In this document: positions 56,679-64,000 of the stretch, piece by piece | Layout of the letters: the number at the start of each line of letters is the position of its first letter | How positions within the stretch are numbered: the stretch's first letter is position 1 | Assembly (NCBI GenBank): GCA_963827165.1 | Contig: CAWGZR010000005.1 | Location: forward strand, 736,001 to 800,000 | Source: Candidatus Bathyarchaeota archaeon | GTDB lineage: Archaea > Thermoproteota > Bathyarchaeia > Bathyarchaeales > Bathycorpusculaceae | Reading direction: 5' to 3' | Length of the DNA: 64,000 bases | Program-made: the position numbers and the translations under genes | The notes under the pieces: generated by a model | The model's input: only the letters and a program-made list of their open reading frames with translations | The model's database searches: none | What the model was told of the DNA's origin: nothing

Positions 56679-58600
56679 ACTTTAAAAAAGGCTCTTATTT
56701 CTTCTGCTAAAACCCCTTTTTCGTTGGGCAGCGTTTTCATGCCGTTGGTTATCCATGAAGGCAAGAAGCCTCGGCAGTAACTTGTGGAGAAGCGGTAATC
56801 CAAAAAGACAATTGCTCCCCTATCCTCCAACGTCCTGATCGGCCTTCCCGCAGCTTGAGACGCTTTTTTCATAGCCGGCAAAATGTACCCGTATTCGCGA
56901 CCCAACCCTGGAAAACGCTTGTCGTAGTACTCGATTTGAGCTTTCACTCGTGGCGTTGGCTCAGCATAAGGGACGCCAACGACGATAACCGAGTTCATTT
57001 GGTTGCCTGGGAAATCCACGCCCTCCGAGGTTCTGCCCCCCTGTACTCCGAGGAATACGGCACCGCCTTTGCCCCCGCATGCTTTGAAGTTTGACACTGT
57101 TTTCTCGTTTTGCTCGGAGGTCATTTCTCTTTTTTCGTGAAAGAGCGGTTTGCTCAATGCATCTTCTAGTCCTTCGTTAAGGATGGAGTTCAAGACTTCG
57201 AACGAAGCGGCAAAAACTCCAGTGTTAGTAGGAGTGTTTTCAGCTACCTCATTTATCCGTTCGATCATCGCTTGGTACATTGACGGGGTTCTTTTTTCCA
57301 TCGAGGTGGTGATGCCGCAGCATACGGCTGAAAATACGTGCTCTTTTGGGAAAGGAGATGGAACAACACATTCAACGGTGCTTAGCGGAAGTTTCGTTAT
57401 TTTTTCGTAGGCTTTTAATGGTTGGAGGGTCCCTGACATTATCACGTTGGCATAGGTTGATGAAAAAACTTGCTCGGTTATTTTAGCGGGATCCAATGCA
57501 ACGATTTCTATCCTCGCTGTTTTATTCCTTTCCCGACCGAGGTAGCAGCTTGCCAAGTTTATGAAAGAGTCATCATCCGCAGTTTCCATCCATCTAAGAA
57601 GGAAATCGCCCATTGAATGAACATATGACCGTGGATTTTTCCCCTCGGCGAGCAGACGTTTCTTGATCGCGGTACCAGCTTCGGACATTCCTTCAAAAAA
57701 TTCTTTGGGATTGTCGATGCCCAGCTTTCTTATGTCGTCGATTACTTCCGTAGGCGAAATTATCTTCTCTCGGCTGACACCTTCTGTGAGTTTCTCAATG
57801 ATATCCTTAAAGAAAAACGCAAACTTCTCTACTTCCTTGTTCCCGAATTTGTTAGCTTCCAACTCAGCCTGCTTAACTGCAAACGAAGATAAACTGCTGC
57901 TGGAAATGTCAATGGCGGTCTCAGGCAGGTTATGCGCCTCGTCGACGATGAGTATGATTTTTGACATTTCAGTTTCCAAGTTTTTCATAAAAGCCATTCG
58001 AATGTTAGGTTCAAAAACATAGAGGTAGCTCAAAGCAATGACTCGGGCTTCCGCTACTGCAGACTTAACAAGCTCATATGGGCAAACCTCTCTTTTCATA
58101 CAAATCGATAAAATGTCAGATGCTAGATAGGGGCGAACAGCCACCGCCCGAGAAAGCTCGATATAATCGACCGACTTCTTAAGAACGTTGGTGTAAAAAG
58201 GACATCTGCTCTTGGCTTTGAGGAGCTCGCAGACTTCCATCATTGACTTTGAGTCAAAAGCACCGCCCGTTGCAAAAGCGTTAAGGCACATTTCATTACG
58301 CCCCCGGATGGAGACACCTACCACTGGTTGCTTTCTATGGATAGCTTTTAGTTCCTCAATAACCCGGTCGTGCTGCCTATGGGTTCTTGCAACATACAGT
58401 ATCTTCAGGTCTTTTTCCACAGCTATTGGAATGCAAGCGGAAAGAGCGGAAATCGTTTTTCCGAGTCCGTTGCTGCCTTCGATGAGAACCGAACGCCTTT
58501 CCCGTACGGCATTGTAGACTGTAGTGATGAATTCGTCTTGATAGGGCCTCACACTCAAGTAAGGGAAGTATTTTGCCACTTGGGAAGGCAACTTAATCAT
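56669..58600 (-). CDS. xpd: XPD/Rad3/DinG-family Fe-S DNA helicase
   Basis: RPYQ, GLGKT, four Fe-S cysteines, DEAHN, SGT, SEGVDF and QAAGRPIR motifs. ATG at 58600. Confidence 0.92.
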   Translation of the reverse strand: MIKLPSQVAKYFPYLSVRPYQDEFITTVYNAVRERRSVLIEGSNGLGKTISALSACIPIAVEKDLKILYVARTHRQHDRVIEELKAIHRKQPVVGVSIRGRNEMCLNAFATGGAFDSKSMMEVCELLKAKSRCPFYTNVLKKSVDYIELSRAVAVRPYLASDILSICMKREVCPYELVKSAVAEARVIALSYLYVFEPNIRMAFMKNLETEMSKIILIVDEAHNLPETAIDISSSSLSSFAVKQAELEANKFGNKEVEKFAFFFKDIIEKLTEGVSREKIISPTEVIDDIRKLGIDNPKEFFEGMSEAGTAIKKRLLAEGKNPRSYVHSMGDFLLRWMETADDDSFINLASCYLGRERNKTARIEIVALDPAKITEQVFSSTYANVIMSGTLQPLKAYEKITKLPLSTVECVVPSPFPKEHVFSAVCCGITTSMEKRTPSMYQAMIERINEVAENTPTNTGVFAASFEVLNSILNEGLEDALSKPLFHEKREMTSEQNEKTVSNFKACGGKGGAVFLGVQGGRTSEGVDFPGNQMNSVIVVGVPYAEPTPRVKAQIEYYDKRFPGLGREYGYILPAMKKASQAAGRPIRTLEDRGAIVFLDYRFSTSYCRGFLPSWITNGMKTLPNEKGVLAEEIRAFFKVQS

Positions 58601-59267
58601 GTTGATCCTCCAAGTTGTTTGATGAGCAATAATCGTAAACTGGGCATTCGTGGCATCGTGGTCGTTGCGACTTGCAGGTTTTTCTGCCGTGGCCAATTAG
58701 CAGCAAATGAACCACCAAATAATCCTTCGATTCAAAAAGCGATTGAAGGCTTAGGCGTACCTCTTCGTAGTTGCCATCTGCAGGTGCCAAGCCGAGTCGT
58801 TTAGACACGCGATTTACATGCGTATCAACAGGTATTGTAGGCTGGTGGGCTGAGAAAAGTAACACGACGTCCGCGGTTTTCGGTCCTACCCCAGGCAAAT
58901 CCATTAGTTTCTTTCTCGCTTCATCTAGCGGCAAAGACAAAACAGGTGTAAGAGAACCACCGAATTTTTCAATTATGATTTTGGATGCTGTGTGTATTGC
59001 TTTGGCTTTGCTTTGGTACAAACCGGCAATGTGAAGGCAGTCTTCGATTTCCCCTAATTTAGCCTTTGCCAAGGTTTGAGGGGTTATTTCGAGATGCTTC
59101 GATAACTCTTTGAAGGCTCGCTCGGTGTTGGTATCCGCGGTGTTTTGCGAAATAATTGTTTCAACCAACGTTTCAAACGCGTCAACATTTGGCTTGATCA
59201 GCCTCGGCAACGCTACGGTATCCTTCAATATCTTTAAGATTGTTGCTCCGCGGCTTTGAGCTATCAT
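58593..59267 (-). CDS. nth: Endonuclease III (HhH-GPD, 4Fe-4S)
   Basis: ISQNT, LPGVGPKTA, VDTHV and CKSQRPRCHECPV...C motifs. Confidence 0.93.
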   Translation of the reverse strand: MIAQSRGATILKILKDTVALPRLIKPNVDAFETLVETIISQNTADTNTERAFKELSKHLEITPQTLAKAKLGEIEDCLHIAGLYQSKAKAIHTASKIIIEKFGGSLTPVLSLPLDEARKKLMDLPGVGPKTADVVLLFSAHQPTIPVDTHVNRVSKRLGLAPADGNYEEVRLSLQSLFESKDYLVVHLLLIGHGRKTCKSQRPRCHECPVYDYCSSNNLEDQHD

Positions 59268-59520
59268 CGTTTGCCTTGCCTTCTCCTAAAGAAAAGTAAT
59301 GCGGAACTATTGATTCCTGAAGCTATAAATAACCATTGGAAAGATCCACGCGGAAAACAAAGCAAAAACGAAGAGTGGTCAAAAATAAAAGTCACAATTC
59401 ACACAAGATTCAGACTTCCAAACCAATGAATCGCCTTATGCTTGGAAAAATTTCCACCCCTAAAGAATCACGAAGCCTCCTTTGATTAGAATTTTATGTG
59501 CTCACTTTGACTTGGTTCCA

Positions 59521-59615
59521 TTGACTTTCGTTGACTTTTATTGACGTCAGCTGACGTTAATTGACTTTAGTTGACTTTAATTGACGTTGGTTGACTTTAG
59601 TAGACTTTAGGAGAC
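59521..59615. repeat. Phased 10-bp tandem array (TTGAC-N5) x about 9.5
   Basis: ttgactttcg ttgactttta ttgacgtcag ctgacgttaa ttgactttag ttgactttaa ttgacgttgg ttgactttag tagactttag gagac. Confidence 0.9.
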
Positions 59616-59922
59616 GCAACCTACAGACGATTCAATCCCCAAACCAAAAAAGCAACTCAAACCACAAAGAGAAAAAATTTCCGCGTAAAAAACCAACCGT
59701 CCGCTCCTACTTTCAAGGACTCGTTCAATCCGCGAGAAGTGTTTTGGGATTTTTTGAGCTTATTGCTGCAACCAATCCAACCTCCCATAAACCAAAAAAC
59801 CAACTCGAAAAACTAAGAAACCCCGCCTGAAAATCACAAATTTCATCAAACCAAAAATCACAACTTAAGAACTTCAAAGAAAAATTCTATCAAAAGAATT
59901 TCAGCGGAATTGGCTTTGGCTA

Positions 59923-59936
59923 GGAAAGGTTTTTAG
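59923..59936 (+). promoter_or_regulatory. Putative BRE/TATA promoter of the psmA-exosome operon
   Basis: GGAAAGG followed by TTTTTA, about 60 nt upstream of the psmA ATG; GTGAGGT RBS just before the ATG. Confidence 0.45.
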
Positions 59937-59990
59937 TGTGGTTATTATATGAGATGTTGAAAAGTGTATAGTGTAAAGTGAGGTTAAATT

Positions 59991-60719
59991 ATGTCAGTGT
60001 TTGCAGCCCCAGGAGCATACGACCGTGCAATAACCGTTTTCTCGCCTGACGGACGACTCTTCCAAGTCGAATACGCAATGGAACTAGTAAACCGCGGAGC
60101 CACAATTCTGGGCATCCAATGCCAAGAAGGCTTAGTTTTAGGCTCAGAAGAAAACATCGAAGTCCTTGAAGAAGCAGGTTACAGTTGGAAAATCTTCAGG
60201 GTAGACGACCATATTGGAGCGGCAATAGTCGGTTTAAGTTCAGACGCTAGAATACTCATCGATCAAGCGCGGATTTACGCTCAAAGTAACAAATTAACTT
60301 ACGATGAACCCATAGATGTAGAAGTCGTAACAAAACGCATATGCGACATTCAGCAGATGTATACGCAGCATGCAGGCGTACGACCCTTCGGAGTATCTAT
60401 AATCTTCGGCGGCGTCGACAAAACAGGTACACGCGTCTTCGGCACACACCCAAGCGGAACCTACAGAGGATACAAAGCCACAGCACTTGGCGCAGGAAGA
60501 GAAACAGTCCTAGCAATTCTCAAAGAGGAATACAAAGAAGACCTGACCATAGACGCAGGCATCAAACTAGCTGTAAAATGCTTGGTAAAAGCCTTAGAAG
60601 CACGCCAGTTGCCCCCGAGAATAAAAATCGCGGTAATACCACTAACGACCAAAAAAATGGAAATGCTAGCGGACGACAAGGTAGACGGCTACATCAAAGA
60701 GCAGGGTTCAAGCAAGTGA
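59991..60719 (+). CDS. psmA: Proteasome subunit alpha
   Basis: YDRAITVFSPDGRLFQVEYA and RPFGVS motifs. Confidence 0.97.
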   Translation: MSVFAAPGAYDRAITVFSPDGRLFQVEYAMELVNRGATILGIQCQEGLVLGSEENIEVLEEAGYSWKIFRVDDHIGAAIVGLSSDARILIDQARIYAQSNKLTYDEPIDVEVVTKRICDIQQMYTQHAGVRPFGVSIIFGGVDKTGTRVFGTHPSGTYRGYKATALGAGRETVLAILKEEYKEDLTIDAGIKLAVKCLVKALEARQLPPRIKIAVIPLTTKKMEMLADDKVDGYIKEQGSSK

Positions 60720-60726
60720 AAATCTG

Positions 60727-61416
60727 ATGAGTGAAAAGTTCACCGTTGCACGCCTAACAAAAGAAAACGAGCATTTTGAGATATTAGTTAAGCCCCAAAA
60801 AGCACTCGACTACCGCAACGGAAAAACCTCATCAATAACCGAAGCCTTAGCCGCTGAAATGATTTTTTCTGACGCAAACAAAGGAACCAAAGTTTCAGAG
60901 GAATCAATGCACAAAGCCTTTGGAACAGTTGACGCACTGAAAATCGCAGATATTATACTCAAAAAGGGGACCCTTCAGCTTACAACTGAGCAGCGACGCA
61001 AAATGGTTGAGGATAAAAAAAGGCAAATAATTGATTTCATCGCGCGACAAGCAGTTGACCCAAAAACAAACCTTCCGCATCCGCCGATGCGTATCGAGAA
61101 TGCGATGGAGCAAATACGTTACCCGATTGACCCATACAAACCAATCGAGGAACAATCAAAAGATATCGTTAAACTGCTACGTCCGATTTTGCCCCTCAAA
61201 ATCGAGCAGGTCATCGTCGCAGTAAAGGTGCCCGCACAGTATTCAGCGAGAGCTTACGGGTCAATAAAAACCTTAGGAACCATAAAAAGAGAAGAATGGC
61301 GTGGAGACGGCTCATGGTACGGCGAATTAGAGTTGCCCGCTGGATGCTACGCCTCGTTGCTGAACAAACTCGGCGACGTAACCAAAGGAAATGGAGAAGC
61401 AAAAATAATCTCATAA
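60727..61416 (+). CDS. sdo1: Ribosome maturation factor SBDS/Sdo1
   Basis: FEILV, IFSDA.KG, DPKT..PHPP.RIE motifs. Confidence 0.95.
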   Translation: MSEKFTVARLTKENEHFEILVKPQKALDYRNGKTSSITEALAAEMIFSDANKGTKVSEESMHKAFGTVDALKIADIILKKGTLQLTTEQRRKMVEDKKRQIIDFIARQAVDPKTNLPHPPMRIENAMEQIRYPIDPYKPIEEQSKDIVKLLRPILPLKIEQVIVAVKVPAQYSARAYGSIKTLGTIKREEWRGDGSWYGELELPAGCYASLLNKLGDVTKGNGEAKIIS

Positions 61417-61444
61417 AAAAATAAAGATGGATGGTGAAGATTTT

Positions 61445-62167
61445 ATGCCAATATTCTTTGAAAAAAAACAGCTTGTGACGCCAGGAGACTTACTTGCTGA
61501 GGGCGAATATCTGCCTGGCGAAAACACATACGTGGAGCAAAACAAGATTTACGCCTCAAGAATCGGACTTGTAGATACCGATAACAAGAAAGTAAACGTG
61601 GTTGCGCTGAGGGCGTTTTATGTACCCAAAATGGGCGACATCGTGATAGGGACAGTCATAGAAGTTGGATTTAACGGCTGGACAATCGGCATACAAGCAC
61701 CCTACACAGCACTCCTGCGCGCTTCAGACGTCTTAAGCAGGCCCTTTAAGCCTCAAAACGACGAGTTATCAGCAGTCCTTAACGCAGGCGACTTGATAGT
61801 TGCGAAAATCGCTTCATACGACCGCGCCCATGACCCACAACTAACCGTAGGAGAGCCCGGCTTGGGAAAGATAACACGAGGACAAATCCTACACGTGACG
61901 CCCACAAAGATTCCCCGAGTAATAGGAAGAAAAGGCTCAATGATCTCCATGATAAAGCAGGAAACAGGCTGTCAAATCATTCTGGGATTAAACGGTGTCA
62001 TATTGGTCACTGGCAAAACAATTGAGGATGAGGACTTAGCAATTGAGGTCATCAAAAAAATTGAGCAAGAATCCCACACAAGCGGCCTCACAGACCGCAT
62101 AACACAGTTGCTTAAAGAACGTAAAGGTAAAGTTGAAGAAAAAGTGGAGGAAAACAAGATTGAATGA
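61445..62167 (+). CDS. rrp4: Exosome RNA-binding subunit Rrp4
   Basis: VTPGD, YVPK.GD.VIG (S1) and [10 protein letters not shown] (KH) motifs. Confidence 0.95.
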   Translation: MPIFFEKKQLVTPGDLLAEGEYLPGENTYVEQNKIYASRIGLVDTDNKKVNVVALRAFYVPKMGDIVIGTVIEVGFNGWTIGIQAPYTALLRASDVLSRPFKPQNDELSAVLNAGDLIVAKIASYDRAHDPQLTVGEPGLGKITRGQILHVTPTKIPRVIGRKGSMISMIKQETGCQIILGLNGVILVTGKTIEDEDLAIEVIKKIEQESHTSGLTDRITQLLKERKGKVEEKVEENKIE

Positions 62168-62897
62168 AAAACCCGAAAAACTGATTGATAAAAAAGGCAT
62201 CAGATCGGATGGTAGAAAAGCCGATGAGCTTCGACCATTAAAGCTTCAAGTCGGAGTTTTATCAAACGCTGACGGATCAGCCTACATTGAACACGGCAAA
62301 AACAAGATTTTAGCCGCTGCATTTGGACCAAGAGAAATGCATCCTAAACATTTGGCTCAGCCAGACCGCATGGTTCTACGGTGTCGCTATCACATGGCTC
62401 CCTTTTCCGTGCAGGAACGCAAATCACCCGCACCTTCAAGAAGAGAAGTTGAACTCTCAAAAGTCATAAGAGAATGTTTAGAGCCAGCCCTGTTTCTGGA
62501 ACTTTATCCGCGGACAGGTGTAGACGTTTTCGTTGAAGTCTTGCAGGCCGACGGAGGAACCCGTTGCGCAAGCATCACCGCCGCTGCTTTAGCCATCGCC
62601 GACGCAGGTGTTCCAATGCGCGACTTAGTAGTAGGTTGTGCTGCTGGAAAAGTTGAAGACACAGTCGTCTTGGACCTTTATGACGCAGAAGACAAACTTG
62701 GCGCCGCAGATGTTCCAGTAGCTTACATGCCAGCACTTAACGCGGTTACGCTGCTTCAGATGGACGGCATCCTCGCTCCAGACGAGTTTGAAAAAGCCAT
62801 AAGCATGGCAATCGACGGCTGCAAGAAAATCTATGAAATGCAGAAGGAAGCGTTAAAAACCAAGTACATGGTTGTTAAGGAGACTGGTGAAGAGTAA
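62160..62897 (+). CDS. rrp41: Exosome catalytic subunit Rrp41
   Basis: R.DGR...ELRP, GPRE, RRE.ELS and QADGGTR motifs. Confidence 0.96.
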   Translation: MNEKPEKLIDKKGIRSDGRKADELRPLKLQVGVLSNADGSAYIEHGKNKILAAAFGPREMHPKHLAQPDRMVLRCRYHMAPFSVQERKSPAPSRREVELSKVIRECLEPALFLELYPRTGVDVFVEVLQADGGTRCASITAAALAIADAGVPMRDLVVGCAAGKVEDTVVLDLYDAEDKLGAADVPVAYMPALNAVTLLQMDGILAPDEFEKAISMAIDGCKKIYEMQKEALKTKYMVVKETGEE

Positions 62898-63688
62898 TGT
62901 CATCACTTATAACTAAAGTTAGACTGAAGCAAATAGAAGGGCTTCTAGAAAAAGGAAAACGCCTAGACGACCGAGGCTTGCATGACTATAGAGAAATTAA
63001 AATCGAGCAAGGCTTAATCGAGCGTGCCGAAGGGTCGGCAAGATGTTTCCTCGGCAAATCTGAAGTTCTTGCAGGCGTAAAGGTTGAAACGGGCGAGCCG
63101 TTCCCAGATACACCTAATGAAGGTGTAATGACGGTTAACGCTGAACTTGTTCCGATAGCTTCACCGAACTTTGAGCCGGGACCTCCTGACGAAAACTCAA
63201 TCGAACTCGCAAGAGTCGTTGACAGAGGCATCAGAGAATCTCACGCAATTGACACTGAAAAACTCTGCATTGAGCCAGGCAAGAAAGTTTTCGTTGTCTT
63301 CGTTGACGTTTACGTGCTGAACCATGACGGGAACCTGATTGATTGCGCTGCTCTAGCTGCTGTTGCTGCCCTATTGAATACAAAAATGCCGAACTATGAG
63401 ATTAAAGACGGCGAATTAAAGATGAAACAGGGATATACACCGCTACCTATGAAAAGCCACCCGATAACCGTAACCATGGGCAAAATAAACAATGTATTGA
63501 TCGTTGACCCTTGGCTTGAAGAAGAAAAGGTTATGGATGCCAGAATAACAATCGCAACTAACAGCGAAGGCAAAATCTGCGCTTGCCAGAAGGGTGGCTC
63601 AGGCTACTTTACACCACAACAGATTTTAGAAGCAACGAAGATTGCTCAAGAGAAAGCGGTCGAGTTACGCAAAAAGCTTGATTGGTGA
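62897..63688 (+). CDS. rrp42: Exosome subunit Rrp42
   Basis: PFPDTPNEG, ELARVVDRGIRES and DGNL.D motifs. Confidence 0.96.
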   Translation: MSSLITKVRLKQIEGLLEKGKRLDDRGLHDYREIKIEQGLIERAEGSARCFLGKSEVLAGVKVETGEPFPDTPNEGVMTVNAELVPIASPNFEPGPPDENSIELARVVDRGIRESHAIDTEKLCIEPGKKVFVVFVDVYVLNHDGNLIDCAALAAVAALLNTKMPNYEIKDGELKMKQGYTPLPMKSHPITVTMGKINNVLIVDPWLEEEKVMDARITIATNSEGKICACQKGGSGYFTPQQILEATKIAQEKAVELRKKLDW

Positions 63689-63693
63689 AAAAA

Positions 63694-64000
63694 GTGCCAA
63701 AAACGAAGAAGGTCGGTTCACAAAGAGGTTTAGGACCACGGTATGGTGCCACAGTTAGAAAACGCTATGTAAAAGTCATCACCGAACTCAGAAAACCCCA
63801 CAAATGCCCAAGTTGTGGCTTCGTGCGGGTACACCGCGAAAGCGTCGGCATCTGGAAATGCGGCAAATGCAACTATACATACTCAGGCGGAGCATATACC
63901 CCACTAACAAAGCTAGGTGTCGTCGCAAAACGTGCAGCTAAAGGTTTACCCGTCGAGCAAGTGGCCAAAGAAGCGGCGAAAGCCGAGGCTGCTGACGTGG
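63694..64000 (+). CDS. rpl37ae: 50S ribosomal protein eL43 (L37Ae), 3' truncated by window edge
   Basis: KKVG....LGPRYGATVRKR, CPSC and GIWKCGKC...GGAY; standard position after rrp42. Confidence 0.93.
   Translation, partial: MPKTKKVGSQRGLGPRYGATVRKRYVKVITELRKPHKCPSCGFVRVHRESVGIWKCGKCNYTYSGGAYTPLTKLGVVAKRAAKGLPVEQVAKEAAKAEAADV

Noticed and set aside
59521-59615. CRISPR array
   Set aside because: Units are 10 bp with no unique spacers, and no cas genes are nearby.
16-63231. Numerous short antisense or alternate-frame ORFs overlapping the called genes
   Set aside because: Contained within well-supported CDSs and lacking any family motifs.

Overview
Archaeal chromosomal window, most likely Bathyarchaeia/TACK. 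This is inferred from the crenarchaeal-type PolB1, a TACK-type AglB with a double sequon, an OSTC-like protein and the exosome superoperon. About 1-22 kb is an accessory-looking cluster. It interleaves candidate tetraether-lipid enzymes (Tes/GDGT-MAS homolog, DGGGP-synthase-like UbiA, a Gms-like radical SAM/SPASM protein, two B12-binding radical SAMs) and five glycosyltransferases plus an NDP-sugar epimerase with TWO sets of cobamide nucleotide-loop genes. The right set (DUF71-cobT-cobS-cobY) looks canonical. The left set (DUF71, cobD, cobY, cobS) has a CobS with substituted catalytic motifs. This cluster is the best candidate for an undescribed system. The rest is mostly housekeeping: EndoIV, ECF module, DHH-DUF3194-prefoldin beta, Sua5, thermosome, thymidylate synthase, two MoeA, agmatinase, RsmB/NOP2, TopoIA, AglB-AglH, PolB1, CarS, RadB, Clp1, XPD, Nth and psmA-SBDS-rrp4-rrp41-rrp42-rpl37ae. 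Other notable items: PAC3/PAC4-like and OSTC/DC2-like small proteins, a frameshifted carS, a prematurely stopped flavodoxin, two unlisted Zn-finger microproteins, an AT-rich decayed insert, and a phased 10-bp TTGAC repeat array upstream of the proteasome/exosome operon. No rRNA, tRNA, CRISPR array or transposase was recognised. All family calls come from motif recognition, not database searches.
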